A stretch of DNA of 64,000 nucleotides from the human T2T-CHM13v2.0 reference genome, Homo sapiens: assembly GCF_009914755.1 (NCBI RefSeq), contig NC_060948.1. One strand, given 5' to 3'. This document shows positions 40,954 to 54,219 of the stretch, in pieces; within the stretch, counting starts at the first letter, position 1, and each line of letters opens with the position of its first letter. The notes beneath the pieces are model-generated. The model ran no database searches. It saw only the letters and a list, made by a program, of their open reading frames with translations, and was not told the origin of the DNA. The translations under genes and the position numbers were made by a program.

Positions 40954-43900
40954 ATGGATTGGAAAGGAATAGAACGGAATGGAATGGAATTGACTCAAAT
41001 GGAATGGACTAGAATGGAATGGATTCGAATGGAAGGCAAAGGAATGGAATCTATTGGAATGGACTGTAATGGAATGGAATGGAAGGGATTGGAATGGACT
41101 CGAATGGAATGGACTGCAATAGAAAGGATTCGAATGGAATGAAAAAGAATTGAATGGAATAGAACAGAATGGAATCAAATCGAATGAAATGGAATGGAAT
41201 AGAAAGGAATGGAATGAAATGGAATGGAAAGGATTCGAATGGAATGCAATCGAATGGAATGGAATCGAACGGAATGGAATAAAATGGAAGAAAACTGGCA
41301 AGAAATGGAATCGAAATGAATGGAGTGTTATGGAACGGACTCAAAAGGAATTGAATGTAATAGAATGGAGTGGAGTGGACTCGAATATAATGGACTGGAA
41401 TGGAATGAAATCACATGGAATGGGAACGAATGGAATGGAATGGAAAGGAATGGAATCGAATGGAAAGGAATCGAATGGAAGGGAATGAAATTGAATCAAC
41501 AGGAATGGAAGGGAATAGAATAGACGGTAATGGAATGGACTCGAATAGAATGGACACGAATGCTCAAATTGAATGGACTCGAATGGAATGGAAACGAAAG
41601 GAATGTCATCGAATGGAATTGAATCGATTGGAATGAAATCGCATAGAATGGAGTGGAATCAAATGGAATTGAATCGAAAGGAAAGGAAGCGAATGGACTG
41701 AAATGAAATGGAATGGAATTGAATGGAAAGTAATGCAATGGAATAGAATGGAACGAAATTTCACGGAATGGAATCAAACTGAATGGAATCAAATCAATGG
41801 AATCCAATCAAATGGAATGGAGTAGATTGGATTGAATGGGATTGGAATGAAATGTACTGGAAAGGACTCGAATTTCATGAAACGGAATGGAATGAATTGG
41901 AACGGAATGGACTCGAATGGAATGGAATGTCATAGAATGGCATCAAATGGAATGGCATCAAATGGAATGGAATCGAATGCAATGGAATGCTATGGAATGG
42001 AATGGAATGCATTGGAATGGAATGTCCTCTAATGGAATGGATTCGAGTGGAATGGAATCGAATATAATGGAGTCGAATGAAATGGAATTGAAAGGAATGG
42101 GATCGAATACAATGGAATATACTGGAATGTAATGTAATTAACTGGAATGTAATTGAATGGAATGGAATGTACATGAATGGAATGTAATCGAATGGAAAGT
42201 AATCCAATGGAATAGAATCTAATGCAATAAAATCGACTCAGATAGAGTAGAATGTAATGGAATGGAGTGCAGTGCAATGGAATGGAATGGAATGGAATGC
42301 AATGGAATGGAATGGAATGGAATGGAATGGAATGGAATGGGATGGAATGGTATGGAATGGATAGTAATGGACTGGAGTGAAATGGACTGGAAAGGAATGG
42401 ACTCAAATTGAAAGGGCTCGAAAGGAATGGAGTCAAATGGAATGGTCTGGAATGGAATGAACACGAATGTAATGCAACCCAATAGAATGGAATCGAATGG
42501 CATGGAATATAAAGAAATGGAATCGAAGAGAATGGAAACAAATGGAATGGAATTGAATGGAATGGAATTGAATGGAATGGGAACGAATGGAGTGAAATTG
42601 TATGCAGTAGAAGAGAATAGAATGGAATGCAAGCGAAAGGAAAGGAATGGATTGGAATGGAATGGAATTCATTGGAATGGAAGGGAATGTAGTGTAATGG
42701 ACAGGCCTGGAATAAAGTGGAATGCTACGGTCTCGAATGGAATAAAAATGTATGGAATGGAATGCAATGAAACGGAATCGAATGTCATAGAATGTAATGG
42801 AATGCAAAAAAATGGAATCCAAAATCATTGACTGGAAAGGCTGGGTGTCGAAAGGAATTGACTCCAATGGAATGGAATCGAATGGAATGGAAGTGAATAG
42901 AATCGAACTAAATCGAATGGAATGGAATTGATAGGAACGGAATGGAAAGGAATGCAATGATTTGGCATGGAATGGAATCGAATGGCATCGAATGGAATGG
43001 AATGGAATGCAATGGAATGGAATGTATTAGAATGGAATGAACTTTAATGGAATGTACTCGAATGGATTCGACTGGAATGGAATGTTCTGGAAGTGAATGG
43101 ACTCCAATGGAATGGATTCAAAAGGAATGGAATCGTACGGAATGGAATCTAATGGAATGGAATTAAATGGAAATGAATCAAATTGAATAGCACGGAATTG
43201 AATTGAATGGAATGGAATGCAATGGAATCTAATGAAACGGAAAGGAAAGGAATGGAATGGAATGGAATGGGCTGGAATGGAAAGGAATCGAAACGAATGG
43301 AATGGAATCGAACTGAAGAGACTGGAATGGAATGCACTGGAATGGAAGGGAGTGTAATGGAAGGTTCTCGAAAAAAATGGAATCGAATGGAATGGAATTG
43401 AATGGAACGGAATAGAGTCGAATGGAATTGAATGGAATGGAATGGACTAGAGTGAAATGGAATCGAACCACAAGGAATGGACAGGAATAGAATGGTCTCG
43501 AATTGAATGGAATCGTATGGAATGGCATCAAACGGAATGGAATGGACAGCCACGGAATGGAATGCACTCGAATGCAATGGAGTCGAAACTAATGGACTGG
43601 AATAGAATGGACTCGACTGGTACGGACTCCAATGGAATGGAATCGAATGGAAGGGAATCGAACGGAAGGGAATCGAACGGAATGGACTCGAAGGGAAAAG
43701 ACTGCAATGGAAAGGTCTCGAATGGAATGGAAATTAACGGAATGGAATGGAATCGAATGAAATGGAGTCAAAAGGAATGGAATCGAATGGCAAGAAATCG
43801 AATGTAATGGAATCGCCAGGAATTGATGTGAACGGAACGGAATGGAATGGAATCCAAAGGAATGGAATAGAATGGAATGGAATCGAATGCAAAGGACTCG

Positions 43901-46900
43901 AATGGAAATCACTCGAATAGAATGCAATTTAATAAAATAGGATCAAATGTAATGGAATGGAATGGAAAGGAATTGAAACGAAAGGAATGGAGACAGATGG
44001 AATGGAATGGAACAGAGAGCAATGGTATAGAATGGAATGGAATCATCTGGAATGGAATTGAATGGAATGGAATAATATGAAATGGAATGGAATGGAATGG
44101 AATGGAATGCCCTTGAATTAAATGGACTGGAATGGAATGGACTCAAACAGAGTGGAATGGAAAGTGTGGAGATAGAATGGAATGAACTCCTTTGGAATGG
44201 TGTAGTATGCAATGCAATCGACTGGCAGGGAATCAAAAGGAATGTAATCGAATGGATTGGACTGGAATGCAATGGACTCGAATAGATTGGAAACGGAATG
44301 CAAAGAATGGAATGGAATAGTATGGAATGGAATGGAAAGGAATGGAGTGGAACAGACTAGAGTGGAATGGAATGGACTGGAAAGCAATGGACTGGAATGG
44401 AACTTTCTTGAATGGACTGGAATCAAACGGAATGGAATGCAATGCAATCAAATGGCATGGAATAAAATAGAATGAAAGAGAATCAAATGGAATTGAATCG
44501 AATGGAATCGAATGGATTGTAAAGGAATAGAATGGAATGGAATGGAATTGACTCAAATGGAATGGACTAGAATGGAATGGATTCGAATGGAAGGCAAAGG
44601 AATGGAATCTATTGGAATGGACTGTAATGGAATGGAATGGAAGGGATTGGAATGGACTCGAATGGAATGGACTGCAATAGAAAGGATTCGAATGGAATGA
44701 AAAAGAATTGAATGGAATAGAACAGAATGGAATCAAATCGAATGAAATGGAATGGAATAGAAAGGAATGGAATGAAATGGAATGGAAAGGATTCGAATGG
44801 AATGCAATCGAATGGAATGGAATCGAACGGAATGGAATAAAATGGAAGAAAACTGGCAAGAAATGGAATCGAAATGAATGGAGTGTTATGGAACGGACTC
44901 AAAAGGAATTGAATGTAATAGAATGGAGTGGAGTGGACTCGAATATAATGGACTGGAATGGAATGAAATCACATGGAATGGGAACGAATGGAATGGAATG
45001 GAAAGGAATGGAATCGAATGGAAAGGAATCGAATGGAAGGGAATGAAATTGAATCAACAGGAATGGAAGGGAATAGAATAGACGGTAATGGAATGGACTC
45101 GAATAGAATGGACACGAATGCTCAAATTAAATGGACTCGAATGGAATGGAAACGAAAGGAATGTCATCGAATGGAATTGAATCGATTGGAATGAAATCGC
45201 ATAGAATGGAGTGGAATCAAATGGAATTGAATCGAAAGGAAAGGAAGCGAATGGACTGAAATGAAATGGAATGGAATTGAATGGAAAGTAATGCAATGGA
45301 ATAGAATGGAACGAAATTTCACGGAATGGAATCAAACTGAATGGAATCAAATCAATGGAATCAAATCAAATGGAATGGAAAGGAATTGAATGGAGTAGAT
45401 GGGATTGGATGGGATTGGAATGAAATGTACTGGAAAGGACTCGAATTTGATGAAACGGAATGGAATGAATTGGAACGGAATGGACTCGAATGGAATGGAA
45501 TGTCATGGGATGGCATCAAATGGAATGGCATCAAATGGAATGGAATCGAATGCAATGGAATGCTATGGAATGGAATGGAATGCATTGGAATGGAATGTCC
45601 TCTAATGGAATGGATTCGAGTGGAATGGAATTGAATATAATGGAGTCGAATGAAATGGAATTGAAAGGAATGGGATCGAATACAATGGAATATACTGGAA
45701 TGTAACGTAATGAACTCGAATGTAATTGACTGGAATGGAATGTACATGAATGGAATGTAATCGAATGGAAAGTAATCCAATGGAATAGAATCTAATGCAA
45801 TAAAATCGACTCAGATAGAGTAGAATCTAATGGAATGGAGTGCAGTGCAATGGAATGGAATGGAATTTAATGCAATGGAATGGAATGGAATGGAATGGGA
45901 TGGAATGGTATGGAATGGATAGTAATGGACTGGACTGAAATGGACTGGAAAGGAATGGACTCAAATTGAAAGGGCACGAAAGGAATGGAGTCAAATGGAA
46001 TGGTCTGGAATGGAATGAACACGAATGTAATGCAACCCAATAGAATGGAATCGAATGGCATGGAATATAAAGAAATGGAATCGAAGAGAATGGAAACAAA
46101 TGGAATGGAATTGAATGGAATGGGAACGAATGGAGTGAAATTGTATGCAGTAGAAGAGAATAGAATGGAATGCAAGCGAAAGGAAAGGAATGGATTGGAA
46201 TGGAATGGAATTCATTGGAATGGAAGGGAATGTAGTGTAATGGACAGGCCTGGAATAAAGTGGAATGCTACGGTCTCGAATGGAATAAAAATGTATGGAA
46301 TGGAATGCAATGAAACGGAATCGAATGTCATAGAATGTAATGGAATGCAAAAAAATGGAATCCAAAATCATTGACTGGAAAGGCTGGGTGTCGAAAGGAA
46401 TTGACTCCAATGGAATGGAATCGAATGGAATGGAAGTGAATAGAATCGAACTAAATCGAATGGAATGGAATTGATAGGAACGGAATGGAAAGGAATGCAA
46501 TGATTTGGCATGGAATGGAATCGAATGGCATCGAATGGAATGGAATGGAATGCAATGGAATGGAATGTATTAGAATGGAATGAACTTTAATGGAATGTAC
46601 TCGAATGGATTCGACTGGAATGGAATGTTCTGGAAGTGAATGGACTCCAATGGAATGGATTCAAAAGGAATGGAATCGTACGGAATGGAATCTAATGGAA
46701 TGGAATTAAATGGAAATGAATCAAATTGAATAGCACGGAATTGAATTGAATGGAATGGAATGCAATGGAATCTAATGAAACGGAAAGGAAAGGAATGGAA
46801 TGGAATGGAATGGGCTGGAATGGAAAGGAATCGAAACGAATGGAATGGAATCGAACTGAAGAGACTGGAATGGAATGCACTGGAATGGAAGGGAGTGTAA

Positions 46901-48045
46901 TGGAAGGTTCTCGAAAAAAATGGAATCGAATGGAATGGAATTGAATGGAACGGAATAGAGTCGAATGGAATTGAATGGAATGGAATGGACTAGAGTGAAA
47001 TGGAATCGAACCACAAGGAATGGACAGGAATAGAATGGTCTCGAATTGAATGGAATCGTATGGAATGGCATCAAACGGAATGGAATGGACAGCCACGGAA
47101 TGGAATGCACTCGAATGCAATGGAGTCGAAACTAACGGACTGGAATAGAATGGACTCGATTGGTACGGACTCCAATGGAATGGAATCGAATGGAAGGGAA
47201 TCGAACGGAAGGGAATCGAACGGAATGGACTCGAAGGGAAAAGACTGCAATGGAAAGGTCTCGAATGGAATGGAAATTAATGGAATGGAATGGAATCGAA
47301 TGAAATGGAGTCAAAAGGAATGGAATCGAATGGCAAGAAATCGAATGTAATGGAATCGCAAGGAATTGATGTGAACGGAACGGAATGGAATGGAATCCAA
47401 AGGAATGGAATAGAATGGAATGGAATCGAATGGAAAGGACTCGAATGGAAATCACTCGAATAGAATGCAATTTAATAAAATAGGATCAAATGTAATAGAA
47501 TGGAATGGAAAGGAATCGAAACGGAAGGAATGGAGACAGATGGAATGGAATGGAACAGAGAGCAATGGTATAGAATGGAATGGAATCATCTGGAATGGAA
47601 TTGAATGGAATGGAATAATATGAAATGGAATGGAATGGAATGGAATGGAATGCCCTTGAATTAAATGGACTGGACTCGAACAGAGTGGAATGGAAAGTGT
47701 TGAGATAGAATGGAATGGACTCCTTTGGAATGGTCTAGTATGCAATGCAATCGACTGGCAGGGAATCAAAAGGAATGTAATCGAATGGATTGGACTGGAA
47801 TGCAATGGACTCGAATAGATTGGAAACGGAATGCAAAGGAATGGAATGGAATAGTATGGAATGCAATGGAAGGGAATGGAGTGGAATAGACTAGAGTGGA
47901 ATGGAATGGACTGGAAAGCAATGGACTGGAATGGAACTTTCTTGGATGGATGGGAATCAAACGGAATGGAATGCAATGCAATCAAATGGCATGGAATAAA
48001 ATAGAATGAAAGAGAATCAAATGGAATTGAATCGAATGGAATCGA

Positions 48046-50701
48046 ATGGATTGGAAAGGAATAGAATGGAATGGAATGGAATTGACTCAAATGGAATGGA
48101 CTAGAATGGAATGGATTCGAATGGAATGGAATGTCATGGAATGGCATCAAATGGAATGGCATCAAATGGAATGGAATCGAATGCAATGGAATGCTATGGA
48201 ATGGAATGGAATGCATTGGAATGGAATGTCCTCTAATGGAATGGATTCGAGTGGAATGGAATTGAATATAATGGAGTCGAATGAAATGGAATTGAAAGGA
48301 ATGGGATCGAATACAATGGAATATACTGGAATGTAACGTAATGAACTCGAATGTAATTGACTGGAATGGAATGTACATGAATGGAATGTAATCGAATGGA
48401 AAGTAATCCAATGGAATAGAATCTAATGCAATAAAATCGACTCAGATAGAGTAGAATGTAATGGAATGGAGTGCAGTGCAATGGAATGGAATGGAATGGA
48501 ATGCAATGGAATGGAATGGAATGGAATGGAATGGAATGGAATGGAATGGAATGGAATGGGATGGAATGGTATGGAATGGATAGTAATGGACTGGAGTGAA
48601 ATGGACTGGAAAGGAATGGACTAAAATTGAAAGGGCTCGAAAGGAATGGAGTCAAATGGAATGGTCTGGAATGGAATGAACACGAATGTAATGCAATCCA
48701 ATAGAATGGAATCGAATGGCATGGAATATAAAGAAATGGAATCGAAGAGAATGGAAACAAATGGAATGGAATTGAATGGAATGGAATTGAATGGAATGTG
48801 AACGAATGGAGTGAAATTGTATGCAGTAGAAGAGAATAGAATGGAATGCAAGCGAAAGGAAAGGAATGGATTGGAATGGAATGGAATTCATTGGAATGGA
48901 AGGGAATGTAGTGTAATGGACAGGCCTGGAATAAAGTGGAATGCTACGGTCTCGAATGGAATAAAAATGTATGGAATGGAATGCAATGAAACGGAATCGA
49001 ATGTCATAGAATGTAATGGAATGCAAAAAAATGGAATCCAAAATCATTGACTGGAAAGGCTGGGTGTCGAAAGGAATTGACTCCAATGGAATGGAATCGA
49101 ATGGAATGGAAGTGAATAGAATCGAACTAAATCGAATGGAATGGAATTGATAGGAACGGAATGGAAAGGAATGCAATGATTTGGCATGGAATGGAATCGA
49201 ATGGCATCGAATGGAATGGAATGCAATGCAATGGAATGGAATGTATTAGAATGTAATGAACTTTAATGGAATGTACTCGAATGGATTCGACTGGAATGGA
49301 ATGTTCTGGAAGTGAATGGACTCCAATGGAATGGATTCAAAAGGAATGGAATCGTACGGAATGGAATCTAATGGAATGGAATTAAATGGAAATGAATCAA
49401 ATTGAATAGCACGGAATTGAATTGAATGGAATGGAATGCAATGGAATCTAATGAAACGGAAAGGAAAGGAATGGAATGGAATGGAATGGACTGGAATGGA
49501 AAGGAATCGAAACGAATGGAATGGAATCGAACTGAAGAGACTGGAATGGAATGCACTGGAATGGAAGGGAGTGTAATGGAAGGTTGTCGAAAAAAATGGA
49601 ATCGAATGGAATGGAATTGAATGGAACGGAATAGAGTCGAATGGAATTGAATGGAATGGAATGGACTAGAGTGAAATGGAATCGAACCACAAGGAATGGA
49701 CAGGAATAGAATGGTCTCGAATTGAATGGAATCGTATGGAATGGCATCAAACGGAATGGAATGGACAGCCACGGAATGGAATGCACTCGAATGCAATGGA
49801 GTCGAAACTAATGGACTGGAATAGAATGGACTCGACTGGTACGGACTCCAATGGAATGGAATCGAATGGAAGGGAATCGAACGGAAGGGAATCGAACGGA
49901 ATGGACTCGAAGGGAAAAGACTGCAATAGAAAGGTCTCGAATGGAATGGAAATTAATGGAATGGAATGGAATCGAATGAAATGGAGTCAAAAGGAATGGA
50001 ATCGAATGGCAAGAAATGGAATGTAATGGAATCGCCAGGAATTGATGTGAACGGAGCGGAATGGAATGGAATCCAAAGGAATGGAATAGAATGGAATGGA
50101 ATCGAATGGAAAGGACTCGAATGGAAATCACTCGAATAGAATGCAATTTAATAAAATAGGATCAAATGTAATGGAATGGAATGGAAAGGAATCGAAACGA
50201 AAGGAATGGAGACAGATGGAATGGAATGGAACAGAGAGCAATGGTATAGAATGGAATGGAATCATCTGGAATGGAATTGAATGGAATGGAATGGAATGCC
50301 CTTGAATTAAATGGACTGGAATGGAATGGACTCAAACAGAGTGGAATGGAAAGTGTTGAGATAGAATGGAATGAACTCCTTTGGAATGGTCTAGTAGGCA
50401 ATGCAATCGACTGGCAGGGAATCAAAAGGAATGTAATCGAATGGATTGGACTGGAATGCAATGGACTCGAATAGATTGGAAACGGAATGCAAAGGAATGG
50501 AATGGAATAGTATGGAATGGAATGGAAAGGAATGGAGTGGAATAGACTAGAGTGGAATGGAATGGACTGGAAAGCAATGGACTGGAATGGAACTTTCTTG
50601 AATGGACTGGAATCAAACGGAATGGAATGCAATGCAATCAAATGGCATGGAATAAAATAGAATGAAAGAGAATCAAATGGAATTGAATCGAATGGAATCG
50701 A
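48046..50701 (+). repeat. Short variant unit D in HOR copy 2 (2656 bp)
   Basis: Junction at 48117-48126; equals unit 32134 shifted by +15912. Confidence 0.92.
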
Positions 50702-53700
50702 ATGGATTGGAAAGGAATAGAACGGAATGGAATGGAATTGACTCAAATGGAATGGACTAGAATGGAATGGATTCGAATGGAAGACAAAGGAATGGAATCT
50801 ATTGGAATGGACTGTAATGGAATGGAATGGAAGGGATTGGAATGGACTCGAATGGAATGGACTGCAATAGAAAGGATTCGAATGGAATGAAAAAGAATTG
50901 AATGGAATAGAACAGAATGGAATCAAATCGAATGAAATGGAATGGAATAGAAAGGAATGGAATGAAATGGAATGAAAAGGATTCCAATGGAATGCAATCG
51001 AATGGAATGGAATCGAACGGAATGGAATAAAATGGAAGAAAACTGGCAATAAATGGAATCGAAATGAATGGAGTGTTATGGAACGGACTCAAAAGGAATT
51101 GAATGTAATAGAATGGAGTGGAGTGGACTCGAATATAATGGACTGGAATGGAATGAAATCACATGGAATGGGAACGAATGGAATGGAATGGAAAGGAATG
51201 GAATCGAATGAAAAGGAATCGAATGGAGGGAATGAAATTGAATCAACAGGAATGGAAGGGAATAGAATAGACGGTAATGGAATGGACTCGAATAGAATGG
51301 ACACGAATGCTCAAATTGAATGGACTCGAATGGAATGGAAACGAAAGGAATGTCATCGAATGGAATTGAATCGATTGGAATGAAATCGCATAGAATGGAG
51401 TGGAATCAAATGGAATTGAATCGAAAGGAAAGGAAGCGAATGGACTGAAATGAAATGGAATGGAATTGAATGGAAAGTAACGCAATGGAATAGAATGGAA
51501 CGAAATTTCACGGAATGGAATCAAACTGAATGGAATCAAATCAATGGAATCAAATCAAATGGAATGGAAAGGAATTGAATGGAGTAGATTGGATTGGATG
51601 GGATTGGAATGAAATGTACTGGAAAGGACTCGAATTTCATGAAACGGAATGGAATGAATTGGAACGGAATGGACTCGAATGGAATGGAATGTCATGGGAT
51701 GGCATCAAATGGAATGGCATCAAATGGAATGGAATCGAATGCAATGGAATGCTATGGAATGGAATGGAATGCATTGGAATGGAATGTCCTCTAATGGAAT
51801 GGATTCGAGTGGAATGGAATTGAATATAATGGAGTCGAATGAAATGGAATTGAAAAGAATGGGATCGAATACAATGGAATATACTGGAATGTAACGTAAT
51901 GAACTCGAATGTAATTGACTGGAATGGAATGTACATGAATGGAATGTAATCGAATGGAAAGTAATCCAATGGAATAGAATCTAATGCAATAAAATCGACT
52001 CAGATAGAGTAGAATGTAATGGAATGGAGTGTTGTGCAATGGAATGGAATGGAATGGAATGCAATGGAATGGAATGGAATGGAATGGGATGGAATGGTAT
52101 GGAATGGATAGTAATGGACTGGAGTGAAATGGACTGGAAAGGAATGGACTCAAATTGAAAGGGCACGAAAGGAATGGAGTCAAATGGAATGGTCTGGAAT
52201 GGAATGAACACGAATGTAATGCAACCCAATAGAATGGAATCGAATGGCATGGAATATAAAGAAATGGAATCGAAGAGAATGGAAACAAATGGAATGGAAT
52301 TGAATGGAATGTGAACGAATGGAGTGAAATTGTATGCAGTAGAAGAGAATAGAATGGAATGCAAGCGAAAGGAAAGGAATGGATTGGAATGGAATGGAAT
52401 TCATTGGAATGGAAGGGAATGTAGTGTAATGGACAGGCCTGGAATAAAGTGGAATGCTACGGTCTCGAATGGAATAAAAATGTATGGAATGGAATGCAAT
52501 GAAACGGAATCGAATGTCATAGAATGTAATGGAATGCAACAAAATGGAATCCAAAATCATTGACTGGAAAGGCTGGGTGTCGAAAGGAATTGACTCCAAT
52601 GGAATGGAATCGAATGGAATGGAAGTGAATAGAATCGAACTAAATCGAATGGAATGGAATTGATAGGAACGGAATGGAAAGGAATGCAATGATTTGGCAT
52701 GGAATGGAATCGAATGGCATCGAATGGAATGGAATGGAATGCAATGGAATGGAATGTATTAGAATGGAATGAACTTTAATGGAATGTACTCGAATGGATT
52801 CGACTGGAATGGAATGTTCTGGAAGTGAATGGACTCCAATGGAATGGATTCAAAAGGAATGGAATCGTACGGAATGGAATCTAATGGAATGGAATTAAAT
52901 GGAAATGAATCAAATTGAATAGCACGGAATTGAATTGAATGGAATGGAATGCAATGGAATCTAATGAAACGGAAAGGAAAGGAATGGAATGGAATGGAAT
53001 GGGCTGGAATGGAAAGGAATCGAAACGAATGGAATGGAATCGAAGTGAAGAGACTGGAATGGAATGCACTGGAATGGAAGGGAGTGTAATGGAAGGTTCT
53101 CGAAAAAAATGGAATCGAATGGAATGGAATTGAATGGAACGGAATAGAGTCGAATGGAATTGAATGGAATGGAATGGACTAGAGTGAAATGGAATCGAAC
53201 CACAAGGAATGGAGAGGAATAGAATGGTCTCGAATTGAATGGAATCGTATGGAATGGCATCAAACGGAATGGAATGGACAGCCACGGAATGGAATGCACT
53301 CGAATGCAATGGAGTCGAAACTAATGGACTGGAATAGAATGGACTCGACTGGTACGGACTCCAATGGAATGGAATCGAATGGAAGGGAATCGAACGGAAT
53401 GGACTCGAAGGGAAAAGACTGCAATGGAAAGGTCTCGAATGGAATGGAAATTAATGGGATGGAATGGAATCGAATGAAATGGAGTCAAAAGGAATGGAAT
53501 CGAATGGCAAGAAATCGAATGTAATGGAATCGCAAGGAATTGATGTGAACGGAACGGAATGGAATGGAATCCAAAGGAATGGAATAGAATGGAATGGAAT
53601 CGAATGGAAAGGACTCGAATGGAAATCACTCGAATAGAATGCAATTTAATAAAATAGGATCAAATGTAATAGAATGGAATGGAAAGGAATCGAAACGGAA

Positions 53701-54219
53701 GGAATGGAGACAGATGGAATGGAATGGAACAGAGAGCAATGGTATAGAATGGAATGGAATCATCTGGAATGGAATTGAATGGAATGGAATAATATGAAAT
53801 GGAATGGAATGGAATGGAATGGAATGCCCTTGAATTAAATGGACTGGACTCGAACAGAGTGGAATGGAAAGTGTTGAGATAGAATGGAATGGACTCCTTT
53901 GGAATGGTCTAGTATGCAATGCAATCGACTGGCAGGGAATCAAAAGGAATGTAATCGAATGGATTGGACTGGAATGCAATGGACTCGAATAGATTGGAAA
54001 CGGAATGCAAAGGAATGGAATGGAATAGTATGGAATGCAATGGAAGGGAATGGAGTGGAATAGACTAGAGTGGAATGGAATGGACTGGAAAGCAATGGAC
54101 TGGAATGGAACTTTCTTGGATGGATGGGAATCAAACGGAATGGAATGCAATGCAATCAAATGGCATGGAATAAAATAGAATGAAAGAGAATCAAATGGAA
54201 TTGAATCGAATGGAATCGA

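Larger units (their letters stand above)
26400..42311 (+). repeat. 15,912-bp five-unit higher-order repeat, copy 1
   Basis: ORFs from ~26515 to ~42029 recur at +15912 (27965/43877, 31540/47452, 35166/51078, 41496/57408). StuI spacings 3543, 2676, 3513, 2651, 3529 occur twice. The breakpoint can only be placed within ~26.4-26.7k. Confidence 0.92.
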
